Assembly: GCA_963794325.1 (NCBI GenBank)
Contig: CAWCDG010000002.1
Coordinates: 192,001 to 256,000 of the forward strand
Direction: 5' to 3'
Length of the DNA stretch: 64,000 nucleotides
Origin: an uncultured delta proteobacterium
Lineage (GTDB): Bacteria; Desulfobacterota; Binatia; Binatales; Binataceae
The notes below the pieces were generated by a model. It was not told the DNA's origin. It did not search any database and was given only the letters and a program-made list of their open reading frames with translations. Positions 10,251-18,852 of the stretch are shown in pieces. Position numbers and translations under genes: made by a program. The stretch's first letter is position 1. Each line of letters begins with the position of its first letter.

Positions 10251-10913
10251 TCAACGCGCGGATGCGGCTACGCTCGCGCCATTGGCAGATCCGAAAAAGC
10301 GGCCTTCGACCAACGCCGCAATCTCGCGCCAGTAAGTTTCTTTGTCAGTGCCCTTGAGGTTGTTCGCGCCCATCGCCCATCCGGCGCACAGCATGTGAAT
10401 CGCATGGACCGCGCTGCGCGAATCTTCGAAATGAATCACGCCGATGCGCCGGCCGCGCTCGATAATCTCGGCCACCGCGCCCAGATAGTCGCCGCCAATC
10501 TTCTTCATCGCGGCGCGATACTGCGGACGCCGCTCGAGGTAGCGGGCCTCATGATGGAGCACGTTGAAGGCCTCGCGATAACGATCGATCACGTCGAGAA
10601 TCGCGCGCATCACGTCGATCAGCTCGCGGCGCGGGTCGCCGACCGTGCGCTCGCGAATCGCAGGCAGCATCTCGACGAACTCCGCGACCATCGACTCCGC
10701 AATCAGCGGAATAATCTCGTCCTTGCTGTCGAGATAAAGATAAACGGAACCGGCAGCGATGCCGGCCTCGAGCGCGAGCTCCTTCACCGACGCTTCATGA
10801 AACGATTTCCGCGCCAGCACTCGGCAGGCAGCCAGAAAAATCTGCCGCCGTCGCGCCTTGACGAGTTTCTCGTCCGGCGCGGCCGTGCGTACAGCTTCAG
10901 CGATTCGTGGCAT
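10251..10913 (-). CDS. TetR/AcrR family regulator
   Basis: RRRQIFLAACRVLARKSFHEASVKELALEAGIAAGSVYLY HTH. Confidence 0.92.
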   Translation of the reverse strand: MPRIAEAVRTAAPDEKLVKARRRQIFLAACRVLARKSFHEASVKELALEAGIAAGSVYLYLDSKDEIIPLIAESMVAEFVEMLPAIRERTVGDPRRELIDVMRAILDVIDRYREAFNVLHHEARYLERRPQYRAAMKKIGGDYLGAVAEIIERGRRIGVIHFEDSRSAVHAIHMLCAGWAMGANNLKGTDKETYWREIAALVEGRFFGSANGASVAASAR

Positions 10914-10952
10914 TCGATACGGACCGAGATCTGCGATGGCCTAAATCTACTG

Positions 10953-10966
10953 AATGAACGTTCATT
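10953..10966. promoter_or_regulatory. Putative TetR operator
   Basis: Perfect palindrome AATGAACGTTCATT about 40 bp upstream of the TetR start. Confidence 0.65.
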
Positions 10967-11136
10967 TGTCCAGCCCTGAATCGGAATCCGGCAAATGTTG
11001 TCTCCCACCAGCCGCGCGCGGACGCGCGTCGACGGGGCCTCCCCCACGTGGGCGAGGGGAAGATCGCTTCGCTCAAGAATGACACTAAGAAAAGAACCTC
11101 CGAGCAAAATGGCGTCCTCGCCATTTTGCGATTAAT

Positions 11137-11195
11137 ACTGGGTGCAGGGGTCACCCCTGCCGCGGAAGCGTGAAACCCGCGGAGGGTTTCACATT
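11137..11195. repeat. Left inverted-repeat / REP-like double hairpin
   Basis: ACTGGGTGCAGGGGTCACCCCTGCC (11137-11161) is the exact reverse complement of 13078-13102; second hairpin GTGAAACCC..GGGTTTCAC. Confidence 0.85.
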
Positions 11196-11230
11196 AAAAT
11201 TAACGTTCGTTAATCTTCGCATCCTTATAT

Positions 11231-11686
11231 ATGCTCACCCCCATGCCCGAGACTTTTCAGAAGGAAAGCACCCTCGATCGATTCTTCAACCGATTCATGG
11301 GGCGACTGCTCCGGCTCGGATTCGCGCCCGCGTACATGCGGCTGCTCGAAGTCCGCGGCCGCAAATCGGGCAAACTCTTTACCACTCCCGTCAACGTGCT
11401 CGATTTCAATGGCAAGCGATGGCTGGTGGCGGCGCGAGGCGAGACTGCATGGGCGCGCAATGCGCGCGCGGCCGGACGCGTCGTGCTGCGGCGCGGCGCG
11501 AGTACCGAGTCGTTGACGATTCGCGAGCTTGCCGATGCAGACAAGCCCGAAGTCATCAAGGCGTTCCTCGATCGCTTCAAATCGCAGGTCCAGCGTTTCT
11601 TCGACGTGCCCGCCGGATCGCCCGCCGACGCGTTCCGCGCCACCGCATCGCGCACGCCAGTGTTCGAGCTCGTCGACCCAGCCTAG
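11231..11686 (+). CDS. Nitroreductase-family deazaflavin (F420)-dependent oxidoreductase
   Basis: LLEVRGRKSGKLFTTPV, WARNARAAG and PVFEL motifs. Confidence 0.85.
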   Translation: MLTPMPETFQKESTLDRFFNRFMGRLLRLGFAPAYMRLLEVRGRKSGKLFTTPVNVLDFNGKRWLVAARGETAWARNARAAGRVVLRRGASTESLTIRELADADKPEVIKAFLDRFKSQVQRFFDVPAGSPADAFRATASRTPVFELVDPA

Positions 11687-11698
11687 GTTCCGCGATTT

Positions 11699-13008
11699 GT
11701 GGATTCTCCCGCTCCGACACCGAGTCAGACCCCTGGGGAAGAGCAACTAGCTGCCGAGTCCGCCGCGCACGAAAGCGCGTCACCGTTCTCGCACTGGTCG
11801 CGATGCTCTTTTACCAGGGCTTTGCAGTCGCAATCGTCTCGGTCGCGGCGCCGTGGATCGGAACGAGCTTCCATCTCGACGGCAGTGGAATCGCGCGCCT
11901 GTTCGCGTGGATCTCGCTGTCGGCGCTGGGCGCACTCGCACTCTCGCGCATGATCGATCGCTACGGACGCCGCCGCATGATCCTGTGGTGCATGGCCGCG
12001 ATTCCCATTTGCAGCATCGGCGCGGCAGTATCCTCCAGACTGATTTGGTTCGCGATATTTCAGATCGGGCTATACGCGGTGGTCGGCGCCGCCGGCTCGG
12101 GATGCGTCGTGATGCTCTCCGAAACGCTCCCGATCGCACGCCGCGCACGCGGACAAAGCTTCGGCGGGCTGGCGGCCTCCGTGGGCGCCGGCCTCTGCGT
12201 TTTCCTGATGCCGATTTTCGACGCCTACGGATGGTCGTGGCGATGGATGTTCGTAATCTCTGCGTTGGGCATCGCGATGCTGCCCGCGATGGCGCGGCTT
12301 CTCCCCGAGAGCGGGCGATGGCAACTTTCCGACGCCTCCGGAATCAACACCAGGACGCGTTTCTACGACGTCTTTCAGCCGCTCTATCGCAAACGCTCGA
12401 TCACGATGATCGTATGCGCACTCGCCGCCGCAATCTCGACCACCGCCGCGAACGCATTCGGCTACTATCATGCTGTGTCAGTAGTCGGGATGTCGGCGAC
12501 GGCGACCAGCACCTTGACCATCGTCGCCGGCGGCCTGGCATTGTTGGGCTTTCCACTAGGCGCATGGAGCGCAGAGCGCTTCGGCCGTGTGCCGACAGTG
12601 GTCTGTTTTGGAATTGCAATCACCGCGGGACACCTATGGTACTTCTGGGGACCGCCGACGCATCTGACGTGGCCCTTGATGTGGCTGTCGATGGGCTACT
12701 TCTGGTTCAACGCATGCGACAACGGCGGCACCGTCGCAATCAACGCAGCCGCAACCGAACTATTCCCAACTCCTCTGCGCGGCACGATGATAGGATGGTT
12801 CGCCTTGGTAAGTGCAATCGGCGCAGTAATCTCCAACGCCGCAGTAGCCCTATTGGCAAACAAAATGGGCGGCCTATCAATAGTAGTAGGCGCCCTATCA
12901 ATAGTAGGAATCCCGGCAGCAATCCTATTCGGCCTAATGATAGACGAAACCCGCGGCCTATCATTAGAGATGGCCGCCAAAGAAGAAGAATTCACCTCCG
13001 AGAACTAA
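11699..13008 (+). CDS. MFS transporter (probable frameshift near 11765, or start at 11803)
   Basis: About 12 TM segments; DRYGRRR motif A, ERFGR, ELFPTPLRG, ETRGLSLE. Confidence 0.85.
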
Positions 13009-13042
13009 CTGGCGGGCCGGGGAAGGGTAAATCACTTTATTG

Positions 13043-13102
13043 AATGTGAAACCCGCGGTGGGTTCCACACCTCCTTGGGCAGGGGTGACCCCTGCACCCA
13101 GT
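13043..13102. repeat. Right inverted-repeat / REP-like double hairpin
   Basis: Mirror image of 11137-11195. Confidence 0.85.
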
Positions 13103-13164
13103 GAAGAGTGAAAAGTGAAAAGTGTTAATAGTTGAAAGCTAGGACCGCGCACCCCCTGCCGTGT

Positions 13165-13328
13165 TCCCTTTTCCGCAACCGGAAGCGGGGGTAAGGCGGG
13201 TGGGACGGACTGCTCTGCCTCTGTGCCCCCTTTCCGCATCGGAAAGGGGGTGAGGGGGATAGGACGCCACACTCCGACGAAACCTCCGGTTCCCCTTCCC
13301 ACTATGGGAAGGGGTTAGGGGTTAGGTC
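13165..13328. repeat. Cluster of REP-like CCCCTT(T)CC..GGAA(A)GGGG hairpins
   Basis: Three related palindromes (e.g. 13226-13250, 13292-13314) between convergent genes. Confidence 0.7.
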
Positions 13329-13395
13329 GCCCGCATCATTCGCGCTCCCCAATTTGTCATTCTAAAACTGCCACGCCGAGCTAATGCCTCCCCGG

Positions 13396-14211
13396 CTATG
13401 GCCTTGAGTTCGCAATCGCTGGCATCTTCTCGAACATCTTCATCATCATGTGCCGAGTCACGCTGGCGGGAAGGATCGCACCCATGATCCGATTCATCCG
13501 GCCGGGAATGATGATTGCCTTATTGACGGCGAGCGCATTCAGACCTTCTGTGACTGCCTGATCGACCTTCATCGCCTTGATCGGCATGGTCTTGAGATCG
13601 AGCCCGAACCTGGCGAGCACCGGCGTGTCGGTCATACCCGGCGGCAGCACGGTCACATAGACCCCGCGCGGCTTGAACTCCTCGTGGAGCGCCAGGCCAA
13701 GGCTCTGGACGTAGGCCTTGGCGCCGGCGTCATGCGCCATGAACGGCAGGCCCGTGTCAGCACCCATGGCTCCAACGAAAAGAAGGCCGCCAGTCCCGCG
13801 CTCGGCGAGCTTGCGGCCGAAATGTAGCGCGAGTTCGGCATGGGCAAGCGCGCTCAATCGCAGCGTCATCGCGAGCTCTTCGCGATCCTTGTCGATAAAC
13901 CTTCCTGGATTGCCGGTGCCCGCGTTCGAGATAACGAGACCGATGTCCAGATCGCGAGTCGCGTCGGCCAATCCGGCGATGAATCCCTCGTTCGAGAGAT
14001 CGGCAACGACGACGCGATGCTTCACCCCGAAATCCAGCGAGAGTTCGGTGCCGAGTGTGTCGAGCAAGGCTTGCCGGCGGGCAACCAGCACAACGTTGAT
14101 GTTTGAGGCGGCGATCTGGCGTGCGAATTCGCGCCCGATACCGGACGAGGCGCCGGTGATGAGCGCCCACGGACCAAACCGCTGGCGGTCCACTCTCGCT
14201 TGCATTTTCAA
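13396..14211 (-). CDS. Short-chain dehydrogenase/reductase
   Basis: TGASSGIG and NAG motifs; the catalytic YxxxK appears as HDAGAK. Confidence 0.9.
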   Translation of the reverse strand: MKMQARVDRQRFGPWALITGASSGIGREFARQIAASNINVVLVARRQALLDTLGTELSLDFGVKHRVVVADLSNEGFIAGLADATRDLDIGLVISNAGTGNPGRFIDKDREELAMTLRLSALAHAELALHFGRKLAERGTGGLLFVGAMGADTGLPFMAHDAGAKAYVQSLGLALHEEFKPRGVYVTVLPPGMTDTPVLARFGLDLKTMPIKAMKVDQAVTEGLNALAVNKAIIIPGRMNRIMGAILPASVTRHMMMKMFEKMPAIANSRP

Positions 14212-14289
14212 TCGACCTCCGTAGTCGTTCTCGCGTCGCTTATGGAGCAGCGATCTCGGCGCTGCCGCGCAGTCGCTGACCGAACAGGC

Positions 14290-14368
14290 TTTTTATAGTG
14301 ACCGCTACAAAAATAGCGGTGCTTGCGTGAGCTTGTCAAGAGATTTATATATCGATCGCTAAGAATAA
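14290..14368. promoter_or_regulatory. Divergent promoter with two imperfect TetR-type operators
   Basis: TTTTTATAGTGACCGCTACAAAAA and TTATATATCGATCGCTAAGAATAA; TTGACA on the minus strand at 14334-14339. Confidence 0.55.
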
Positions 14369-14369
14369 C

Positions 14370-15056
14370 GTGACAGCATCGGCAAAACAGCGCGGCCGGC
14401 CGCGCGGCTTCGATCGCGACGAAGCACTCGAAAGTGCCATCCGTCTGTTCTGGGGCAGGGGCTATGAGGCTACATCTATAAGCGATCTCACGCAGGCTAT
14501 GCACATCACGCCGCCAAGCCTCTATGCCGCCTTCGGCGATAAGAAGCGCCTCTTCCTCGAAGCGGTGGAGCGCTACGAACACGAAACCGGTTGCTTTGCT
14601 CGCAGGGCGCTCACGAGCGAGCCGACGGCGGAACTGGCTATTCGTCGCCTCCTCCTTGACGCCGTAAAGTCCTTTACTGACCCGAAGAATCCAAAGGGCT
14701 GTTTGATCGCGCTCGGCGCGACAAACTCCGCCATCGAGTCCACCGACATCTTTGAGGCGCTTGCCGAACGCAGGCGCATCGCGGAGAAGGCTGTGCGAGC
14801 TCGCATTGCGACCGGTCAGAAGGCCGGTGAGCTGGCTGACAATGCGGACGTCGACGCAATCACCGGCATGGTGACGGCGACCCGCTACGGTCTTGCCATC
14901 AAAGCGCGTGACGGTGTGCCGCGAGCACGCTTGCGGAGAATCGTCGAGCAGCTGATGAAGACCTGGCCGCGCCGAGAGCCCGCCGAAGCCGGCGCCGCTC
15001 CGCGTATGCGCGTCAGCTCCCGGCCGCGAAGATCGTCTTCAGCGAGAGGCGGTTGA
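14370..15056 (+). CDS. TetR family regulator (ComR-like)
   Basis: RGRPRGFDRDEAL..FWGRGYEATSISDLT..SLYAAFGDK; PKGCLI. Confidence 0.92.
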   Translation: MTASAKQRGRPRGFDRDEALESAIRLFWGRGYEATSISDLTQAMHITPPSLYAAFGDKKRLFLEAVERYEHETGCFARRALTSEPTAELAIRRLLLDAVKSFTDPKNPKGCLIALGATNSAIESTDIFEALAERRRIAEKAVRARIATGQKAGELADNADVDAITGMVTATRYGLAIKARDGVPRARLRRIVEQLMKTWPRREPAEAGAAPRMRVSSRPRRSSSARGG

Positions 15057-15076
15057 GCGGTCTCTCTTCTGTTGGC

Positions 15077-15496
15077 TTACTGATATCGGCCTGTTTCGCG
15101 ACTTAGCGTATGGAGCGACCCAGTATGAGAGCTCGATATCGCTGTTGCTGGGTGACGTGCCGAACAGAAGCGCTTGCACTGGGCGTCGTGCTCACCGACG
15201 ATACCGTCTCTTTTCCCGACGCATCTCTTTACCCGGGCCCCATGCTCCATTTTGCGGGGTTGAGCCAGATCGAATGCAAGCTGCATTCGCTTCAGGTGAT
15301 CCATCTTCGGGCCGAACGCCTTCTCGACCCGCAAGCCCATTTCGCTCGTAAGCGCCGCTTTCCCATTCAGCAGGCTCGAAAGCGCCTGCCGCGCAACGCC
15401 TAGTACCTTCGCGGCCTGGGTTACTGTCAGGCCAAGCGGCTCGATCACCTCGCGGCGGATAAGGCCGCCGACATGCGGAGGATTCTTTATCGCCAT
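15077..15496 (-). CDS. higA: HigA-family antitoxin (orphan, possibly degenerate C-terminus)
   Basis: MAIKNPPHVGGLIRREVIEPLGLTVTQAAKVLGVARQALSSLLNGKAALTSEMGLRVEKAFG. Confidence 0.85.
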   Translation of the reverse strand: MAIKNPPHVGGLIRREVIEPLGLTVTQAAKVLGVARQALSSLLNGKAALTSEMGLRVEKAFGPKMDHLKRMQLAFDLAQPRKMEHGARVKRCVGKRDGIVGEHDAQCKRFCSARHPATAISSSHTGSLHTLSRETGRYQ

Positions 15497-15552
15497 AATT
15501 TTTGATGCTCTCGTCAACGATTCGTGTTTTGTTCTCCTGAACTAAACTGCCA

Positions 15553-15576
15553 AAAACGTTTCACGTGAAACGTTTT
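15553..15576. other. parS-like palindrome
   Basis: AAAACGTTTCACGTGAAACGTTTT contains the GTTTCACGTGAAAC core of the chromosomal parS consensus. Confidence 0.7.
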
Positions 15577-15663
15577 GGCCCGAAAGCCTAATATTAACAG
15601 GGACTTGCGAAAATCGAGTCCCCGTTTCACGCGCAATTTTAGTGACTCGTTGCGGGCGCTGAA

Positions 15664-16140
15664 TCAACTAATCGTCAGCGGCGTCTCGGCGAATTCCTTC
15701 TTCTCGGAATCCCAGGCGAAGGCGGCGGCTCTCGCGAATTTGCCGGAGCGGATCGACAGCACGATATAAATGGTGTCGGGGTAGTCGGGCTCCGACGGGT
15801 CGAAGGAGCATGCTTGCGCGCGGTCGGTCGGCGAAAAGTACGCGTCGTGATCGGGATGCGAATGGTAAACGACGCGCAGCGCCAGCTTGCGCGCATCGAG
15901 TTCGTTCATCACGGCCAGATGCTGCTTCGGGTCCATCAGGAATGCGGTTCGCGCGTCGCGCGGGAACGCGCACGGGCTGCTTGGCGTGCATCGCGTTCTG
16001 GATATTGGCGATGGGGCGGACTTCCTCGACCGCATCTTGTTGTCGCCGATGATGAAGCCGCAGCACTCGAACGGGAACTCGCGCTCAGCCTGTGCGACGA
16101 TCGCGTCCATCGTCGCGCGGCGTATCGATGCGGTCTTCAT
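15664..16140 (-). CDS. JAB/MPN (Mov34, Mec-like) metalloprotease; two compensating frameshifts near 15975-16035
   Basis: PFECCG and YHSHPDHDAYFSPTD JAMM motif; the natural-looking segment VEEVRPIANIQNAMH lies in another frame. Confidence 0.85.
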   Translation of the reverse strand: MKTASIRRATMDAIVAQAEREFPFECCGFIIGDNKMRSRKSAPSPISRTRCTPSSPCAFPRDARTAFLMDPKQHLAVMNELDARKLALRVVYHSHPDHDAYFSPTDRAQACSFDPSEPDYPDTIYIVLSIRSGKFARAAAFAWDSEKKEFAETPLTIS

Positions 16141-17117
16141 CGGTCCTCCTTCCTTTGAGTGATGCGTTCCGCCGCTCGGATCAGCCGGGTGAGCATCCGA
16201 TTCGTCTCCGCGTCCAGGCCGTGCTGATCGGCGAGCTCGACGATTTTTCCATTGAGCGCGCCGATGTCGGTGCGTGCGCGGACGTGAAGATCGTGGAGCA
16301 TCGTCGGACGATGGCTGGCCGTCGGCGGAATCAACTGCTCGTAAAATACTTTTCGATATTCTGCCGCGCTCGAGTAGGGCAGGGCGACGCCGATCGCGCG
16401 CGCGACCGCGAACGCCTCTTCGATCGCGCGATCCATGATCGCCCGCACGTCCGGATCGCCGGCGAGCGCGCCGTAGGTCTGCTGCAGAAGCGCGCCGAGC
16501 GGATTCAGCGCGACGTTGTACAGAATCTTGGCCCACAGCACCGGCGTGATGTCCTCGACGCTGACGGTGGGAACGCCGGCCGCATCGAGCATCGCGGCAA
16601 TCGCGCGAGCGCGCGCTGCGAGCGCGGGCGAGTCCTCGCGATGAATCGCGGGTGCGGGTCCAATCGCGACTGGTTGCGCGAAGACCGTCACGTGCGCGCA
16701 TCCGGGCGACGGAATTTCAGCGCCGAAGATCACCCGCGCGCCCAGCACGCGCCGCCGTCCGAAGCGCTCGATCAACGACTCGATATTGCCGAGTCCGTTT
16801 TGCATCGAGACGATCACGCCGTCGTCGGTCAGACGATCGGCCAGCGCCGCCGCGATCGATTCGGTGTCGTAGCTCTTCGCCGTGCACAGGATCAGACCGA
16901 ATTGCTTCCCGAGCTTCGCGGGATCGTCAGCCAGCTTGATGCCCGCGACAGTTCGATCGCCGAGCAGTCCCGAAATTTTGAGACCCTCGCGCGCGATCGC
17001 TTCCATATGAGCCGGGCGGCCGAGCAAGGTGACGTCCCGGCCGGCATCGTGCAGCATGCCGCCGACGATCGAGCCGATCGCACCGGCGCCCGCAATCAAA
17101 ATGGAAGCGTCGTTCAT
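16137..17117 (-). CDS. panE: 2-dehydropantoate 2-reductase
   Basis: GAGAIG, AKSYD, SMQNGLG, WAKILYNVALNP, TMLHDL..TDIGALNG motifs. Confidence 0.88.
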   Translation of the reverse strand: MNDASILIAGAGAIGSIVGGMLHDAGRDVTLLGRPAHMEAIAREGLKISGLLGDRTVAGIKLADDPAKLGKQFGLILCTAKSYDTESIAAALADRLTDDGVIVSMQNGLGNIESLIERFGRRRVLGARVIFGAEIPSPGCAHVTVFAQPVAIGPAPAIHREDSPALAARARAIAAMLDAAGVPTVSVEDITPVLWAKILYNVALNPLGALLQQTYGALAGDPDVRAIMDRAIEEAFAVARAIGVALPYSSAAEYRKVFYEQLIPPTASHRPTMLHDLHVRARTDIGALNGKIVELADQHGLDAETNRMLTRLIRAAERITQRKEDR

Positions 17118-17202
17118 CGTGTCGAAGTTATCGGTCGCCGAATCATTAGACAACGTATTCGGGCGCTTGCGGCCAAGCGATTGCGCGCAGTAGGAAGTAG
17201 TC

Positions 17203-18045
17203 ATGGAACGGACTTCGATTCGATTAGGCGGGGTCGAGCTGGCGTCGTCGGTGATGAACGCGTCGGGCGCGCGATCGGCCGAGCGTGGCGAAATTTATGA
17301 ACTGTGCGCGGTGCACGGCGGCGCGATCGTTTTCAAATCGTGCAACCGCGCCGGACTCGATACGCCTGAGAACCTGAAAAATAAAGGCGTCGATTATTTT
17401 GCCGAGATTGCGCACGAGCTGGTTCCACGCGGCAAGAAAAGTATCGGCAGCGTGGTCGGCGCCAGCGAAGATGAATTCGTCGATGTTGCGAGAATCCTCG
17501 ATCGCGCCGGCGTCAGTATCGTCGAGCTGAACCTGGCCGACGATTACGTGACGAAGTCCGTGGCGCCGTTCGGGTCATTCGAACGGCTGAAATCCCTGAT
17601 CGGCAGAGTTCGCGGCGAGACCCAGTCCGTACTGGCGGTGAAGGTGCCGCCGCGCGCGACGTTCGAGCCGCGCGCGATCGCAGACCTGTTCAAATCGATG
17701 CGCATCGCGATCGCGGTATGCGCCAACGATCTGCCGAAGGATCTTTCGATCGACATCGCAAGCGGCGCAGTCCAGGGGTCGTCGCGAGCGCTGTCGCAGG
17801 CGCACGCGTTTTTCAAGGAGAGCGAAAACTTGCTCGACGTGGTGGCGGTCGGCGGAATCAACACGGGACGCGACGCATACATCGCGCATCTGGCGGGCGC
17901 AAAGGCCGTGCAGGTCGGATCGGCGCTGATGAAAGAAGGCGCGGGCGCGCTGGGCCGAATCGATCGCGAGCTGGATGCGCTGCTGGGCGAGAATGGCCAC
18001 AAGTCGGTCTCTGAAATCGTCGGCGGGGTTCGATTTTCAGGATGA
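17203..18045 (+). CDS. Dihydroorotate-dehydrogenase-like FMN TIM-barrel protein
   Basis: VMNASG, VELNL, AVGGINTGRDA, AGAKAVQVGSAL; catalytic loop is atypical. Confidence 0.78.
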   Translation: MERTSIRLGGVELASSVMNASGARSAERGEIYELCAVHGGAIVFKSCNRAGLDTPENLKNKGVDYFAEIAHELVPRGKKSIGSVVGASEDEFVDVARILDRAGVSIVELNLADDYVTKSVAPFGSFERLKSLIGRVRGETQSVLAVKVPPRATFEPRAIADLFKSMRIAIAVCANDLPKDLSIDIASGAVQGSSRALSQAHAFFKESENLLDVVAVGGINTGRDAYIAHLAGAKAVQVGSALMKEGAGALGRIDRELDALLGENGHKSVSEIVGGVRFSG

Positions 18046-18163
18046 GCGCTCGCGCATCGCGACCGCCGGCCGGGGCGACTTGCTCCGCTTCTTGCGGCTC
18101 TGATACTTTCCACTGTCGGGCGCGCGCACTGCGCGCGTTCGTATTTTCAGGGTTCGCGCCAAC

Positions 18164-18241
18164 GTCCCCGTCGTCTAGCTCGGCCTAGGACACCGGCCTT
18201 TCACGTCGGTAACACGGGTTCAAATCCCGTCGGGGACGCCA
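18164..18241 (+). tRNA. tRNA-Glu (TTC)
   Basis: GTCCCCG/CGGGGAC acceptor stem, CT-TTC-AC anticodon loop, GGTTCAAATCC T-arm, encoded CCA. Confidence 0.97.
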
Positions 18242-18852
18242 TCACCCAGCCTCACTGGCAGAGCCACTTCGGCGCTTTCCAGCAATTCGCCGCTTCGACC
18301 TATATCTTACTCTAGTCAGTCCACCGAAACTCACATTGTACGCCCGTATTCATCCCCTTGGTGGTCAAGGTGGTGGTCAGAATTCCGTGCGCCGAATTCG
18401 GCCCTGATCTCGATCACTGGGAACCACCGATCAAGCGGGAACTCTTTTGAAGCTAGCGGCACCCAGGTTCTTTGGGGCCGGTGCTGGGAAGGCGGCGGCG
18501 CTCCTGCCTACTGGCCGTGGATTCAGGTGATTCGTACTTTACTCGGTGCGCTAAACCCCGAAGAGAGCGTAGTCTCTTTGTGGAGTCTGAGGTCGCCCTT
18601 GCGATGATCCGCGATCTGGCGCAGATCGTTCCTGAACTGCGGCTCTCACAATCGTCGCTGCGAACTCCAGTAACCCAAAAGCTCGAGCCAAGCGAAGCAC
18701 GCTTTCGGCTGTTCGATGCAGCGCGCAGCGCGCGAACCCTTGACGGTGTACCGGCGCGGAGGTTATCGGCAGTTGCATCACGCTCTCCAGATCCAGCTAC
18801 GATCGGGCCCTCTCGGCGCGCGCTCGCGGGGACGACAGCGCGCGCCGGTGCG

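Noticed and set aside
11170-13008. 612-aa ORF as a single protein
   Set aside because: The N-terminal 200 aa overlap the oxidoreductase gene in another frame and look non-protein-like.
12721-13330. A-rich gene end plus hairpins as a diversity-generating retroelement VR/TR
   Set aside because: No second copy of the segment and no reverse transcriptase in the window; the bias is at synonymous third positions.
15664-16701. 345-aa ORF
   Set aside because: Only the part from 16140 is JAB-like; the rest overlaps panE out of frame.
18300-18850. Integrase gene next to tRNA-Glu
   Set aside because: No tyrosine or serine recombinase motifs in the listed ORFs.
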